Assembly (NCBI RefSeq): GCF_033153115.1
Contig: NW_026889806.1
Coordinates: 1,736,001 to 1,800,000, forward strand
Length of the DNA: 64,000 nucleotides
Direction of reading: 5' to 3'
Source: Saccostrea echinata
Lineage: Eukaryota
A program made the translations under genes and the position numbers. Positions 44,307 to 57,447 of the stretch are shown piece by piece (positions within the stretch are counted from its first letter, which is position 1; every line of letters starts with the position of its first letter). The notes under the pieces are model-generated. The model was not told the origin of the DNA, searched no databases, and saw only the letters and a list, made by a program, of their open reading frames with translations.

Positions 44307-47300
44307 ATGGCAGCTTCCATAGACTTGAATGTTGCAAAGAAAAATTTACAGGAAAGTTTAGGCGATGAAATGAAACTGTACGTTGTTTTTCTTATGTTTA
44401 AAATTGTCTTTATTGAGTAATTTAAAAGACTGGTAATCGGAATATATATATGATATTTAAAAGATATATTTTATTTTACATAGTCAATGGTGATCGAGGA
44501 AATGTTTACTAACGTTACTTTGTTTATTCTTATACGAGCAGTAATTTAAAAAGAAAAATTTCATAATTAAACTTGGATACTTGAATGCTGGTTTTACCAT
44601 CGTAATATTGTATAATATTGTATATTTTTCATTCCACCGAATGTCTTCGACAATAAAATAATTTCAAGAAACATTTGTTAACATCAGTATCATCTCTTAC
44701 AACTCTATATCAGAAACTGGGTATTTGTCACTTACTCAAATCATCTTAAAACATCTAGGTATCTGAGGCCAAAACTGCAAGAGTCAAAAAAAATGAGGCT
44801 GAATGAACTTCGGGTCAAACTGGAAAAAGGCGGAAACAACTTGTTACCTTAAAATAAGAGCATCACTTTGGTCAAATTTATTTACTTAGTTCTTCGATAC
44901 TAGCTTGAAAATACGGATATATATTTAATTGCTATAGTAAAATTTAGAAATTTATTTCAAAATTAAGGATTATCTTCCTCATGCATAGCTTTGATCCTTC
45001 GACGTATTTGGCTCCAGTCTTTGGCACCTTTTTTAAGCTCTTCCAAGTCTTTTTTATTTAAATATTTTGGATTTCCAACGTTTCGGCTTGAGCATCACTG
45101 AAGAGACATAATTTGTCGAAATGTGCATCTGGTGCATCAAAATTGGTATCGTATATGATTTACGTCTTAAAGATCTAATAATGATATTTTTTAAAGTTTA
45201 CTATATGGCTACCTATTATGTAAGACAGTGGAACTGTGAGGGCAAAGACATTAGGGGCAGTTAGCTTTATTGATTCATTAATTCTACACCTTTCAAATAT
45301 TAAATATGTAATTTCATATTTTATACTACGTAGACAATGACATAACAAATTGCAGTAAACTTCTTGTAGCCTCTGTTTGATGCATCTCATAACATCAATT
45401 CCCCTTATTTCTTCACAAGTCTTTTATCTCAGAAAAATTCATAGTTTACTAGGATTAGTTACATTTTGTAATTTTTTGTTAATCTTGTTTAACAACTTCA
45501 CAAAACTCAGAAGATTCTGAAATTGTCAGAAAATTCTTGGACAATTCCTACAAAATCAGAAAAACCTTAACACATTCTGACAAAATAACTGAAGACATAT
45601 ACAAAGGCATGTTTAACAAGGATGCATATGCCAAGCTTTGTGGTAAGGAGAAGTCAAGATTTTTTTTTTTTTTTGTAAATATTTTCATGTAAGTTGTTGC
45701 TAACTCTAGTCACCATGTTGTTTTGTGTACCAAAAGGATTGAGAGTTGTAGAATTTTTTTTCACGAAGGGGCAATCACAATATCTTATAACAATGTGTAG
45801 GTTTCAATTAAAATTTCCACCATTGGTACACATTGTTAATAGTGCTTGCTTTCCTTGCTTATACTTTATGGAGGGTAATCGTGTTCAAAAATGCAGACTT
45901 GTAAGTTTGTAAATCCAAACTTGTAAGTTTGTAAATCCAAACTTGTAAGTTTGTAAATCCAAACTTGTAATCGTATCAGTTTCATAGTATACATATGTAA
46001 GTAGGTAATTCCGACATCCTAGCATGAAGTTCCGAACATACAACTGTGTTGACTTTGAGTTTATACTATGAATGTGTGTATTTTTGATGTTGTAAACTTT
46101 GTTTTCTGGAATTTATATTTCCGCACTCTGAATAAAACACAAATACCTGATAAGCATTGATACGGATCTTCATCTACTGAGTGGTTGTTGATTTTTTTTT
46201 AATATGATATCATTGCAGTTACATTGGTTCTTAATAAACTGGGGCACTGATCACAGTAGCCTAGTGGTTGGGCGGGCGCTAGCTTTGTAGGCCATTGGAG
46301 GGTAAGAGTTCGCTTGTCCTAAGTTCCTAGTGCCGGCAGGCAAAATGTAAAACGTTTAACATACGTGTTGGTAATGACTATTCCTTTGGCATTGAAAGTC
46401 AGATTGAATATTTTTCGGTTGAGACCTTAAAAACCGAAGCCCCTCTAGATCCGCACAAGCTGTGAATAAGCGGGTAATGATTCATGTCACATCGTCAAAT
46501 AAAATAAAATTAAGAAAATTGGAACATATAAACAAAAAGTTAGAATTAAAATTAAATAACAAATTCAAATTAAAATATTAATATAAAATTGGAAGTTAGA
46601 ATAAAAAAAGAAATAAAATCTAAATAATTTATTTCAGTTGGAAAAAGAAGAAGTTAGAATAAAAAAAGAGAAAAAAATGTGGCACTGATGCCCCTCCATA
46701 GTTTCTCATAATCAAAATTTGACAATCATGTAGACTTTACATTTGTAGACTTGTTAATTGTCTTTGTGTTTTATTCAGAGCGCGGAAATATAAATTCCAG
46801 AAAACAAAGTTTACAACATCAAAAATACACACATTCATAGTATAAACTCAAAGTCAACACAGTTGTATTTTTGGAACTACATGCTAGGATGTCGGAATTA
46901 CCTACTTACATATGTATACTATGAAACTGATACGATTACAAGTTTGGATTTACAAACTTACAAGTTTGGATTTACAAACTTACAAGTCTGGATTTTTGAA
47001 CACGATTACCCTCCATAATACTTGAGCCTCCAAACTCTAATTCCATGCATCCTTTTAGATGGAAGCAGTCTTATTTCACATTCATTTTCCATGTATAAGT
47101 ACTGTATTTATTTTGACAGGTAGTCTTTGACATTCTGCATTGAGACTCAGATCATGATGCAAACAATATTTTGTTGCTTTGGAAACAAATTAATCTTTTC
47201 ATTGTTAACATTTTTCATGTCTAGCAAATAAAATATTTGATGAATACATTTGTTGTAAATTGATAGTAATCTTAAAGAAATACTAGTAATTCATTCCACG

Positions 47301-50300
47301 AGAATGTTGGCCTTAAATGAAGATGCACAGAATGAACACAGTTAAGGGATTGTAATTATACACTGTAGTTTTCAAATCAAAGCACAGAGATTTGGAATCA
47401 TTCTGTTATTATGTAGAATGTTGCATGTATATATATACACACGCTTATCAATTAAACATCTATTTAACGAGAATTAAAGAATTTACTTCCATCTTTTTTA
47501 AAGGTATCTTCAGAATATGAAATCCTGGTTCAAGCAAAAGGTATGGTATTGTTTAAATAATACTGAATAACTTCTATTATCATAACTTCTTTCTTAAACA
47601 AACTGTCAGATGAGTTTTTTAAAAATAAAAAGCAGTTACATCTGACAAACATAAATTTTACTTCAATTTGGAGATTTTAAGCTTAATAATTATGACTTTT
47701 TGCAGATTACAAAAGAGGAGTTTGATCTTGAGGCAAGAAAACTTTTACCTGAACATGCAGGTATGCACAATAAAAAGGAAGCAACAAAACAAAATATTGG
47801 ATTACACTAATAGTACTGGTGATGTTTATAAAGAGATGATGCATCATTTTGCTAAAGATCATAGTTGACAACACTTTTAGATACCCTGTCTACAATGACC
47901 AGTTTAGAAATTGTTTGAATATACAAATGTTTATACATTCATTTGTATTTTTTCCCTTAAATAACACTATTTGAGCAATGTGTATCTATCATTTTATGGA
48001 TACAAGTTTGTCACATGATCATAAATTCATTGTAATGTAATAAAAGGACAACATAATATCTCAGAGACATAATAAATGGTCAACATATTCAAAAGTACAG
48101 CATTGGCTTAGAGATGATATTAAATGTGCAAATATTTGTTACATGGTTCGTCAAAATTATGTCATTTTTCGGGCTTCATGGGATTTGATCATGTGACTAG
48201 CCCATATTTTTCAGTGATTTTTGTCTATCCTTTGGGAAAGGGTCTGGTACCGATTCAACTGGGGAAAATAGTGTCGAAATAGAACAGATGGAAATTTTTT
48301 GAAAAGTCAACAAATGAAATTTATTTTGCATTTATTCTAACCTCATTACCTATTAATTCACGCTTTAAAGAATAATCAATGTATTCATTGTTTTACATAT
48401 TAATGTCCCTTGTTTTCATGCTTTCAAGTTGTTAAAAATGTAAGACACTAGCATGACTACGCTGTCAACAGCACGCATCCCGCCATATTACCATTGATCT
48501 TTACTTTCGATTTAAATTGGGAAATATTAATGTTTTTTAGCATTGGGAATGGTACCATTTACCAGTACCAGTTATATAAGGGAAAAAACACTGTTTTTTA
48601 TATCCCAATAGATGTTTCAGAATGATATCTTAACTATATTGCATTGTCATTTTCAGTAAATTTACACAATGAATTCCTACTGGCAATCATCTCCAGATGT
48701 CAGACTCTCAGTTCTTCATTAGGTACGTACTACCCTGTCATTAGATATGCACTACTCTGTGATTATGTATGTAATACCCTGTCATTAGGTCACCTGAGTA
48801 ACTCAGGTGACCTATTGATATCTCATTTTGTCTGTCGTCATATGTTAACATTTTCAATTTCTTCTCTGAAACCACTGAACCAATTTCAATCAAATTTGGC
48901 ATATAGAACCTATGGGTGAAGGGAAACAAAAATTGTGAATTTCATGGTCCCTGCCCCCCTGGGGCCTGAGAGGTGGGGGGGCTAAAACCATCAAAATTAA
49001 TGCAATCTTTAAAAATCATCAAGCAGTCAAACTGTTGGCATGATTGTTATAAACATTGAGCCCTCTACCAAAATTATGAAATTCATGGCCCGAGGGACAG
49101 GGTTCTGGTGCTAGGGCAGGGCTAAATAGGTCATATATAGGTCATATAGTGAGAGTGCATTATTTCTTTGAAAATCTTCTTCCCTGCTCCTGAATATCAA
49201 ACAAACTTACTAAGTGCATAATTATGACAAGCAAAGGGTGCCTCTTCCCTGGATCAGGGGTTCTAGTGTTAGGGTGAGGCTCTATTGATGATATAGTAAT
49301 AATGGATGAATTCTTTGAAAATCTTCCTATCTGTTCCAGGGTATTAAACTACCTACGTGCATAGTTATAATGAGCAAGGGTGCCTCTTCCAAAATTGTGA
49401 ATTTCATGGCCCCTGGATCAGAGGTTCTGATGTTAGGGTGGGGCTCTATTGATTCTATAATGAAAATGCATTATTTCTATGAAAATTTTCTTCCCTACTC
49501 CTGAGTATTATGTAAAGAAACTAAGTGCATATTTATTATGAGCAAGGGTGCCTCTTCCAAAATTATGAAATTCATGGCCCCATGGTCAAGGGTTCTGGTG
49601 AAAGGGGGGTGGGGAGGGGGGCTCTATTATATATATATAGAGAAAATGCATAATTTTTGTGAAAATATTCTTTTCTGCTTCTGGTTATAAAGCAAAGAAA
49701 TTAAGTGTATAGCCATGATGAGCAAGGGTGCTTCTTAAAGAATTGTGAGATTCATGGCCCTTGAGTCATTCTACTGAGAGAAGTTACTCCCCTTTGCCAT
49801 TCATCTCTGATAATTAATCACTATGAATAATGTATTTGAAAGGTTAATAGAATAGGAGAATTATGCAAGAATTTTTATTGTATAATACAGAAAGTACCTT
49901 CATGGTTTTAATGATCAGGTATGCTTGTAATGAAATATGAAGATAATGAACAGTATTCAATCTCAAAAGCCCAATGAAAGGATACAAATTTGGAGCAGAG
50001 CAAACACAGACCTCAAAATATAGAGGTGGGATCAGGTGCCATGGAGGAGTGAGCATCCCCTGTCAACCGGTCACACCCACCCTGTGCTCCTTGTCATGAT
50101 TAGAAAAAAACAGAAAAGTTCAGTGTATAAATAATGGCCTAACAATTATTATGAAAAACATCAGTCAGCATTTGACTCAATGATAGGTTGTATGTGCTGA
50201 CAAGGTCAATATATCTACCATAAAATTTGTGAAATGATGACTTCAAACAAGACTTGTTTCATCAACTTGTTTGTCAATAGCTTGCCTCTTTTTAGAAATT

Positions 50301-53300
50301 GTTCATACTTGGAGCATGCTCTTGCGTATCGAATCAACTGAGAGACATATAAGCCCATATGCAGGTGATAAGGGTATATTGCTACATAAGTAATGGAAGT
50401 TGACAATTGAAAAGTTGAAGTCATCACGTTTATCATAAAGCTTTGTTGTTAGGTTACCATTAACTTCTTTTTTTAGTAAAATATCCAAATATGAAACAGA
50501 TATGTCGAGCAAATTTTGACAGAGTTATGCCCCGTGAACTTAGGAAAATTCCAAGTATTTGTAGTTTCTGTTCATTTTCTTTGCAGAGGTTGCACATACC
50601 GAAATGAAATTTGGTATACAGATTTATCATAAAAATATCTAGGTCTTTTTGACAGAGTTATGCCCCTTGGACTTAAAATAATTCCAGTTATTGGGGGGGG
50701 GGCATAAGTGTTTTACAAACATCTCTTGTGTTTATTGCAACATCATCTGCATTTTTTACTTCAGTAGATAAAATAACATGCTTTATTGTTCTGATGACAA
50801 CCATCCCTGGTCGAAACTGTTCAACAAAGTAAATCTATTGCTGCATTCTCACAAAGTGATGGTGATCTGTTTTATGCCTTTAAGTTTACATCTACTGTTT
50901 TATTTAACAGTACCAAGAGAAAACAGTATTGCTGGTAAAGTATCAGAAATATCAAAGAATCCCAAGCCTGGAGATCTTGCTAAACATGTCAAGTCCAAAC
51001 TAAATAAACTCAGGAGGAGGTCTGTGGTATCAAAGAGTGCACAGGTTGGTGCCCAATATTTTATATCCAGAATACATGTGTAAGCTTATGCTTTTTATCC
51101 TTTTCTTTTTTGTTATGAAAACATGTAGTCTCACTCTTTTAGTCTTTCACAGTGTAGATAAACCACAGAAAGGGTCTTTCTTAATATTTTATTTTTATTT
51201 TTTTCAGAGGTTTTTAGTGGCTAATCCATTGAGTAAATTCCCACTTGCCAGCTTAAAAGGAGCTGAAGATGCAGGTAAAGATTAATGAAGTTGATTACAG
51301 ACAAGGGGAGGAATATACATCATGGTTTAATACCAGTATTTCCCATAACAATGGCAGCATCATTTTTGTTGATGCCAAATATTGAATGAGCTTTATTGCA
51401 GATGTGTTGAACTTAAAAGACATATCATAAATAAAGGGTTGAATAATGCTTTAGAGACTTTAATACACATTATGTTATGTAAAAATACATGTAAATGAGC
51501 ACTAAGACCTGGCAGATTATAGTAAAACACACATATACAAGGGTTGTCCCGGAAATATGTGAACATTTTCAATATCTTTTGTTTCACTAATACTATAAAG
51601 TTAAAAATTGGCATACATCATGATCAACATTTTTTGAGTAATGGATAAAAATTTCACAGAAATATCTTTATAAATAACATTTCCCTCTCAGGTAAACGAG
51701 TCTTACAAATCAGTTGTCGGCGCAACACTGATGATGTCAAACCGAAGCTGGTGGCGTTTGTGAATTTGTTCTGGAAATGTGCTTCTGATAAAATTTGTTT
51801 ATGCATAAATTCTGCACTGTATTTAATTTTCTTTTATTTTTCAAGTTATACATCTCAAATACTAGTGTTACCAAAATTATTCTTTTAATAGACAATTTCT
51901 CAATCCCGATAATAAACCTAACAGTTCGCATTGTTTAACGGCGGTCTTCACTTAAGCCTATGACGTCCAGCTCCTGACTTTTTTGTCTTCATTTTTAATG
52001 GTTTACAAAACTCGATCCTCTTCTATCGGATAACCAGCCAAGCCATCCTCAAACCTCTTCAACTCAGGATAAACCTGTGTCCGAAATTTGTGTTTCTGTT
52101 TTTCCATCGTTAAAATCTCTTTTATCTTATGGAGAAGAGTCATCTCGCGCTCAACACAGTACTGCTTAATAATTTGGTGCCCCACATTATCGCCAAACGT
52201 CACCATTTTTGACAATTTCTAATTAAAAGTGTTTTGACATATAACGTCATATATTTGTCATTAATGATATCAAATTAATGAATTTTTATACACGAGTACA
52301 CCAGATCAAAGAGTATTTATGGAGGTAAATTTTGTGACATTATATTTCCTTATAATCTGGTAATAATGAAAACTATATTGACAATGCTACTTTTAAAAGT
52401 CAAAAAATTGCCATGCGCCGACCACTGATATTTAACACCCTTTAAATGCTGTTTTTATATACTTATGACATCACAAGCCTAAAATATTTTGTCAAAATAC
52501 CGAAAATATCATTTTCTAACAACATGCAAAAAATTATTTGTTTTTATCAAATAGTTTCTGAAATATTCAAAAAGTTCGCGTTTTTCTGGGACAACCCTCA
52601 CAGTGAACACACTTACCAATAATGAATTGATGCTTACAGCAAAGTGACTTTCAATCCCAGTGGCTATAAAATATATTGTGAACTTAACAGATATAAGAAA
52701 TTATGTTTATAACGAAGCAAAATGGTCCTTCTCTGGCACTTCGGTATTAGAATAAGTAAAACAGGCTTATAACACCTTTTACTGTTCATATCATTATCAG
52801 ATGAATGTAGTGTCACAGAGAGAAAACTCCTGGGTTTCCATGATGATGACATATATGTTCCTGTTTATTTTGTACATGTGTAATATTTGGCTTTTTCTTC
52901 GGTATTCATCATTAATTTTTTTTTTACCAAAGAAAGTATTTAACCTCATCACCTGGGCTTGGCTGAAAACCTGAAATCATTCAGCGCCATTTAAATGCAC
53001 ATTTTTTACTCAGCGTTTGTTATTTAGGAGAGGGAAGTTTGGGATGGATGATACATACCAGTGTATATCCCCCTCCTATTTTGATTTTTGATGAATTACT
53101 GTTTTTTGTTTTACTTTGAATACAGTATTTGCTTCCCGTGAAATGGTGCTTCCAGACATTACGATGGTCCATGGGAGAATGTTAGTGTGTGCTTGGGAGG
53201 TGGGACTGGAGGAAGTTACAGACACCACGGTTAAATATGTCATGCAGACAGTGGAGGTCAGATATTGTTTTACTTCAGCAAAACTTTCCAACAAGTTCTT

Positions 53301-53675
53301 TGAAATATAGGATAATGAGAGAATGACTAGAACTTACACTGTACATGTACAGTGTACTTTAATTTACATATAAATATATGATTAACTCTCATATTTCACT
53401 CTTATTCATTTATGTTGATCATATTTCATTCTTTTCCAGAATGTTTTAAAGAATGTGATATCTCTGATGTTATCACAAAGAAATGGATACAAACTTCGTG
53501 AGAAAAAGATGAGATTTTCCATGGGATCCTCCACTCAGAATCCGTATCAGAGACAATCATACCTCAGACATGACAGCAGGACAGAGAGGTAGGACCAACA
53601 ATACAAAATAGTGTACTCCAACAGAACCAGCAAAACTACCCCCATCTGATGATTTTTTTTCAGTACTTTAAATTC

Positions 53676-53731
<56 letters not shown>

Positions 53732-55080
53732 ACAAGGGATCACCCTATTTATTTTTACATAAAAATTGTATAATGCTACAAAGAATATTTTAAAGATTAA
53801 TAAAACTGCTGCACAAATCCCTTGTGCCGAAGCTGTTTTGTTAATGTGTTTTATTACCTCCAGTGGTTAATATCATAATATGACGTCATGATGTGTACTG
53901 GCTATAACATATCATGGATGCTAAGTATGCATAAGAAAATAAATCAAAACATTCTTTGAATAATAAATATACCTCTTACACATTTTTATTAGTTCATTTG
54001 CATAGAAACGTGTATACCTGGACTTAACTCACTTGCGTATATCAATAAAATTTTTCTTCTTGAAAAACCTACCTATCCACCTACATACCTTGAAAAATGT
54101 GGATTGGAGCACGTCATCACACAAAAAAAAAATTAATGACGGCTTACCATTTTATTTTATTCCCCTCCTTTTTCAGAATTTACATTAATTTGAAAGGGAT
54201 ACTATGATTTGTCCAATGAACATGGGTGAAATAAAAGCTATTTTGTAAACAGATTCAGTAAAAACTTCTTTCATAAGATAAAATGAAACTTAATAAAAAC
54301 AGGTGTTTTGTATTCATACAATAGTGGTTATGAATTAGTTTGTAAGTTATCTGTTTTACCCTATAAGATGCCTTTCTTCTGCAGTGAAGCTACAACTATA
54401 TCTAACAGTGGATCACATGTACCCTGTCTGAAGCACACAACAGAACTAGGAGAAGAAGAGGGTGTATACGAGCTGGCCATGTCAGAACCTGTCCCCCCAA
54501 ATCCCCCAGTCTCTATGTTTGACCTCTTGCATGCCTTACAAGTAAGCTTATAAAATTCAATCTAATATAGATAACTTTCATTGAACTTCCGTGAATACCT
54601 TCATGGGTAACCAAAATTTGACTGGTTCGTGGGGACATAATTCTGTGGGTAACTTGCATATTTTATTAAGAGAAATAAATCAACTGTGCTAAATGCTTGT
54701 GTGTTTCAATGTTCCTGGGGATGTTAATTTGTGGGTAAGGGCTACCCACTAAATCCATGAACATTGATCCCCCCATGAACAATGATATTATAGACCAGTG
54801 CTTATTTAAAGGGAATTCCTGCTACTTTGCGTATATGAGTTGATATTTACATAGAGACTATAATTCTCAGTGTCGTCTTGATGTGAGACAATAAAGTATA
54901 AAGGTAGACTCTTCTTTACAGAGTCACCCAAGCATCATTCCCTCCCACGCTGTTTATGAGCCTGCTGTACAGAGAGCAATCCATCACCTGTTTCACCCCT
55001 CCCATGAAAACATCGACCAGGAGCTGATACATCAACAGGAGCAGGTTCTCACGCAGAACTACACCCCAACCAACAGATAA
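44307..55080 (+). CDS. TADA1: Transcriptional adapter 1, SAGA subunit (341 aa, 10 exons)
   Basis: Exons 44307-44377, 47504-47540, 47706-47760, 48657-48722, 50911-51044, 51208-51274, 53126-53256, 53440-53588, 54385-54541, 54922-55080; 1026 nt. AKKNLQESLGD..WFKQKITKEEFDLEAR..HNEFLLAIISRCQ..GRMLVCAWEVGLEEVT..PPVSMFDLLHALQ..IIPSHAVY match vertebrate TADA1. Confidence 0.95.
45092..45135 (+). ncRNA. Minimal type I hammerhead ribozyme motif in a probable Penelope pLTR-like repeat (about 44900-45165)
   Basis: GCATCA (stem I) - CTGAAGA (core) - GACA/TAATT/TGTC (stem II) - GAAA - TG/TG/CA (short stem III) - TC (AUC triplet, cleavage after 45129) - TGGTGC (stem I', one G-U pair). Confidence 0.75.
45867..47017. 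mobile_element. Non-autonomous DNA transposon with TIRs of about 270 bp and a 6-bp TSD (IS3EU-like termini)
   Basis: TATGGAGGGTAATCGTGTTCAAAAA... (45867-46140) is the inverse of ...TTTTTGAACACGATTACCCTCCATA (46766-47017). ATACTT is duplicated at 45861-45866 and 47018-47023. A 22-bp subterminal repeat occurs 3 times on the left and twice on the right. Confidence 0.88.
46243..46440 (+). mobile_element. Degenerate tRNA-derived SINE-like fragment inside the TIR element
   Basis: A-box-like TAGCCTAGTGG and decayed B-box GAGTTCG. Confidence 0.4.
48783..49850 (+). mobile_element. Helentron/HINE-like element with internal tandem repeats of about 140 bp (TADA1 intron 4)
   Basis: 5' palindrome TAGGTCACCTGAGTAACTCAGGTGACCTA and repeated GAAATTCATGGCCC..GGGTTCTGGTG units. 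Same family as 59215-60840, in the opposite orientation. Confidence 0.8.
49905..50510 (-). mobile_element. Penelope-like element 3' fragment (RT C-terminal region)
   Basis: ORFs 50303-50512 and 50215-50436 give LTTKLYDKRDDFNFSIVNFHYLCSNIPLSPAYG and YVSQLIRYARACSKYEQFLKRGKLLTNKLMKQ across a frameshift. Confidence 0.8.
51538..52600 (-). mobile_element. Internally deleted mariner-like transposon relic (TADA1 intron 6)
   Basis: TA|CAAGGGTTGTCCCGGAAA at the left end and TTTCTGGGACAACCCTCA at the right end. The frameshifted - strand translation (IIKQYCVEREMT..KRFEDG..SEDRR) resembles the mariner N-terminal HTH region. No catalytic domain is visible. Confidence 0.7.
53675..53731 (+). mobile_element. 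Truncated HINE-like 5' end
   Basis: TTTTTAGCTCACCTGAGCCGAAGGCTCAAGTGAGCTTTTCTGATC, the same terminus type as at 56860. Confidence 0.65.
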
Positions 55081-55321
55081 CAGGGACTGAATCCTGGGGG
55101 TGGGGAACTACACCTCCACCAACAGATAACATGGAGTGATTCCTAGGGGTAGGGAAGTATATCCCCACCAACAGATAGCAGGGACTGAATCTGTGGGTGG
55201 GGAACTACAGCTCCACCAGCAGATAATAGGAATTGAATCCGGGAGGGGGAGTGGGGGAGGGGGGGGGGGGGAAGCTACACCTCTACCAACAGATAACAGA
55301 GATTGAACCCTGTGGGTGAGG
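55056..55321 (+). repeat. 48-49 bp G-rich minisatellite (5 units) overlapping the TADA1 stop codon
   Basis: Units GAACTACACC(C/T)C(A)ACCAACAGATAACAGGGACTGAATCC..GGGTGGG start at 55056, 55105, 55154, 55202 and 55271. Confidence 0.9.
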
Positions 55322-56858
55322 ATTTTAATTGTTCCTGGTATCAAATTAATTCAAATAAAGTGTATTTGCAAATTAAATTTAATGTGTATTAGTACATGTA
55401 CTTGCAAATGTACATGTATTACAAGTAATAACATTTTTAAATTGAAATCATGATACATACATGTATATCATTTGTTATGGAATATCATGTTATGATCTGA
55501 TGACTCTCTTTTTTAAATGTTATGTTCTGTACATATATGTTTATAGTTGTAGATGTGTTCTGTATGCAAGGCTTTTCAGTACAACAAGGTACAAATCTCA
55601 TTGTAAGGTTATATGTACCGACTTGTATTTGAGAAGCAAAAATGTTTGTACTTTTTAACTCAAAAATGAGAGCTTTGATGAACATTTATACACACTGACC
55701 TGAATTTTATACATATATAATAGAGAAGTAATAAATAATCAATCTTAGATGTTTTATTTATTTAGAAACTCACAGCATATTAGAAAATAGTATAATTTTC
55801 AAATATACTTGTAAAATAAGACCTTAAACCTATTAAACTCAATATCAGTAACATGGTCGGTAATAAAAACTGTCTGATGTCAGCTCACTGGCCAGTGCAC
55901 ACATGTATTTTGACTATAATGCATGTACTAAGAGTAAATTGACAATGAATTCCATATTTCATTGTAAAATTTTAAACCATTCCTCTCAAATACATGGGGT
56001 TATCAAATTGGTGCAAAATTAATACTATGCAGTTGGTGCTAACAAAATTTATAAGGAACAAAAAATAACAAAAGTTTAAGAAGTGTTGAAATTTTTAGCG
56101 TCATAGGTTGATAATTAGCCAAATTATCATTAAATACAAATTAAAGTCGTTATATGATCACCAGGTGCTGTCTCCATTGAGTTTCATGACATCTGACAAT
56201 TTCTTTGTTTCTCAATGTCCACTCCCTCTGCCTCAGTACACTTTTCTTGATGAGATTCCATAAAGTTACATGAGAACTAAAACCTGTCTTGTTTATGTTA
56301 CTTTACAATGGCATGTACAGTTGATTTTGGTGCATAATATTGTAAATGGATCTCTACATAGGGAAAACTCTTCACTTGATTATGCTAGCATTTGCTTGTT
56401 CAATGTCTACCCCACATGAGTAACATCACTTTTTGATGTTACTGACTTTAGACACCCGAAATACAAATTGACATAAACACATAAGCAACATAGTTTTCAA
56501 ATTTTCTCTTATTTTCTTAATAAATGAAAAATTTCAATAAATGAAGGACCTTAGTGCAATTTTTATCATGCCTAATGATGCATTACACCTCCTCTAAAAA
56601 AAATTTTGAGGAAATATCAGCTAAAACTGTATGTTTGGTAATTTTTCTTTCAAAAAGAAAAGGATTTTCATTATTTAATATCTACTTCAAACCCCAGGTA
56701 ATGTATGGCTTGCTGATTTTTTGTCAAAGAACATCTGATTTAAAATTCAAGAGGTAATGTAAGTTGTATGTTGTGAGGTACATGTATGTTGCATATGACC
56801 TTTAATGTGCATCTTTCCTCTGAATCTTTTTTGGCATATAAAAATGTATTCTGGATGC

Positions 56859-56940
56859 TTTTTTAGCTCACCTGAGCTGAAACTTACATGAGCTTTTCTG
56901 ATCACCTGTTGTCCGTCGTCCATCCGTCTGTCCTTCCATT

Positions 56941-56975
<35 letters not shown>

Positions 56976-57447
56976 AAGAACCACTGGGCCAATTTTAACC
57001 AAAGTTGGTACAAAGCATCCTCGGGTAAAAGGGAATTTAAAATTGTTAAAATGAAGGACCAAGCCCCTTTCCAAGGGGAGATAATCAAAAAAAGACAAAA
57101 TGGGGTGGGGTCATTAAAAAAAACACTAGGCCAGAAAAGCTGAAACTTATTTGGAAGCATCCTGGGGTAGTGTAGATTGTTCAAGTCATGGTCCCAGGGG
57201 GTAGGGTGGGGCAACAATAGGAAATCCAAGTTTTACATTAAAATATATAGGAAAAATCTTCTTCTCAAGAACCACTGGGACAGAAAAGCTTACATGGAAG
57301 CATCCTGGGTTATTGTAGATTCTAAATTTTTCAAATCATGACCCCCAGGGGTAGGGTGGGGCCACAATGAGTATTACAAGGGGGAAATCTGGTAAAGAAC
57401 AATGGCAGTTACTCAGGTGAGTGTTGTGGCCCATGGGCCTCTTGTTT
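56859..57447 (+). mobile_element. HINE/Helentron-like element carrying Cg170-like satellite units
   Basis: 5' end TTTTTAGCTCACCTGAGC, a GTCC/GTCT microsatellite, TCTTCTTCTCAAGAACCACTGGG..AAGCATCCT units, and a 3' end CAGGTGAG..GGCCCATGGGCCTCTTGTT. Confidence 0.82.

Noticed and set aside
45890-45970. CRISPR-like array (22-bp repeats; also the 49-bp units at 55056)
   Set aside because: Head-to-tail repeats without unique spacers, in eukaryotic DNA, with no cas genes.
52003-52215. Nested antisense gene in a TADA1 intron
   Set aside because: It is a frameshifted mariner transposase fragment lying between TIRs.
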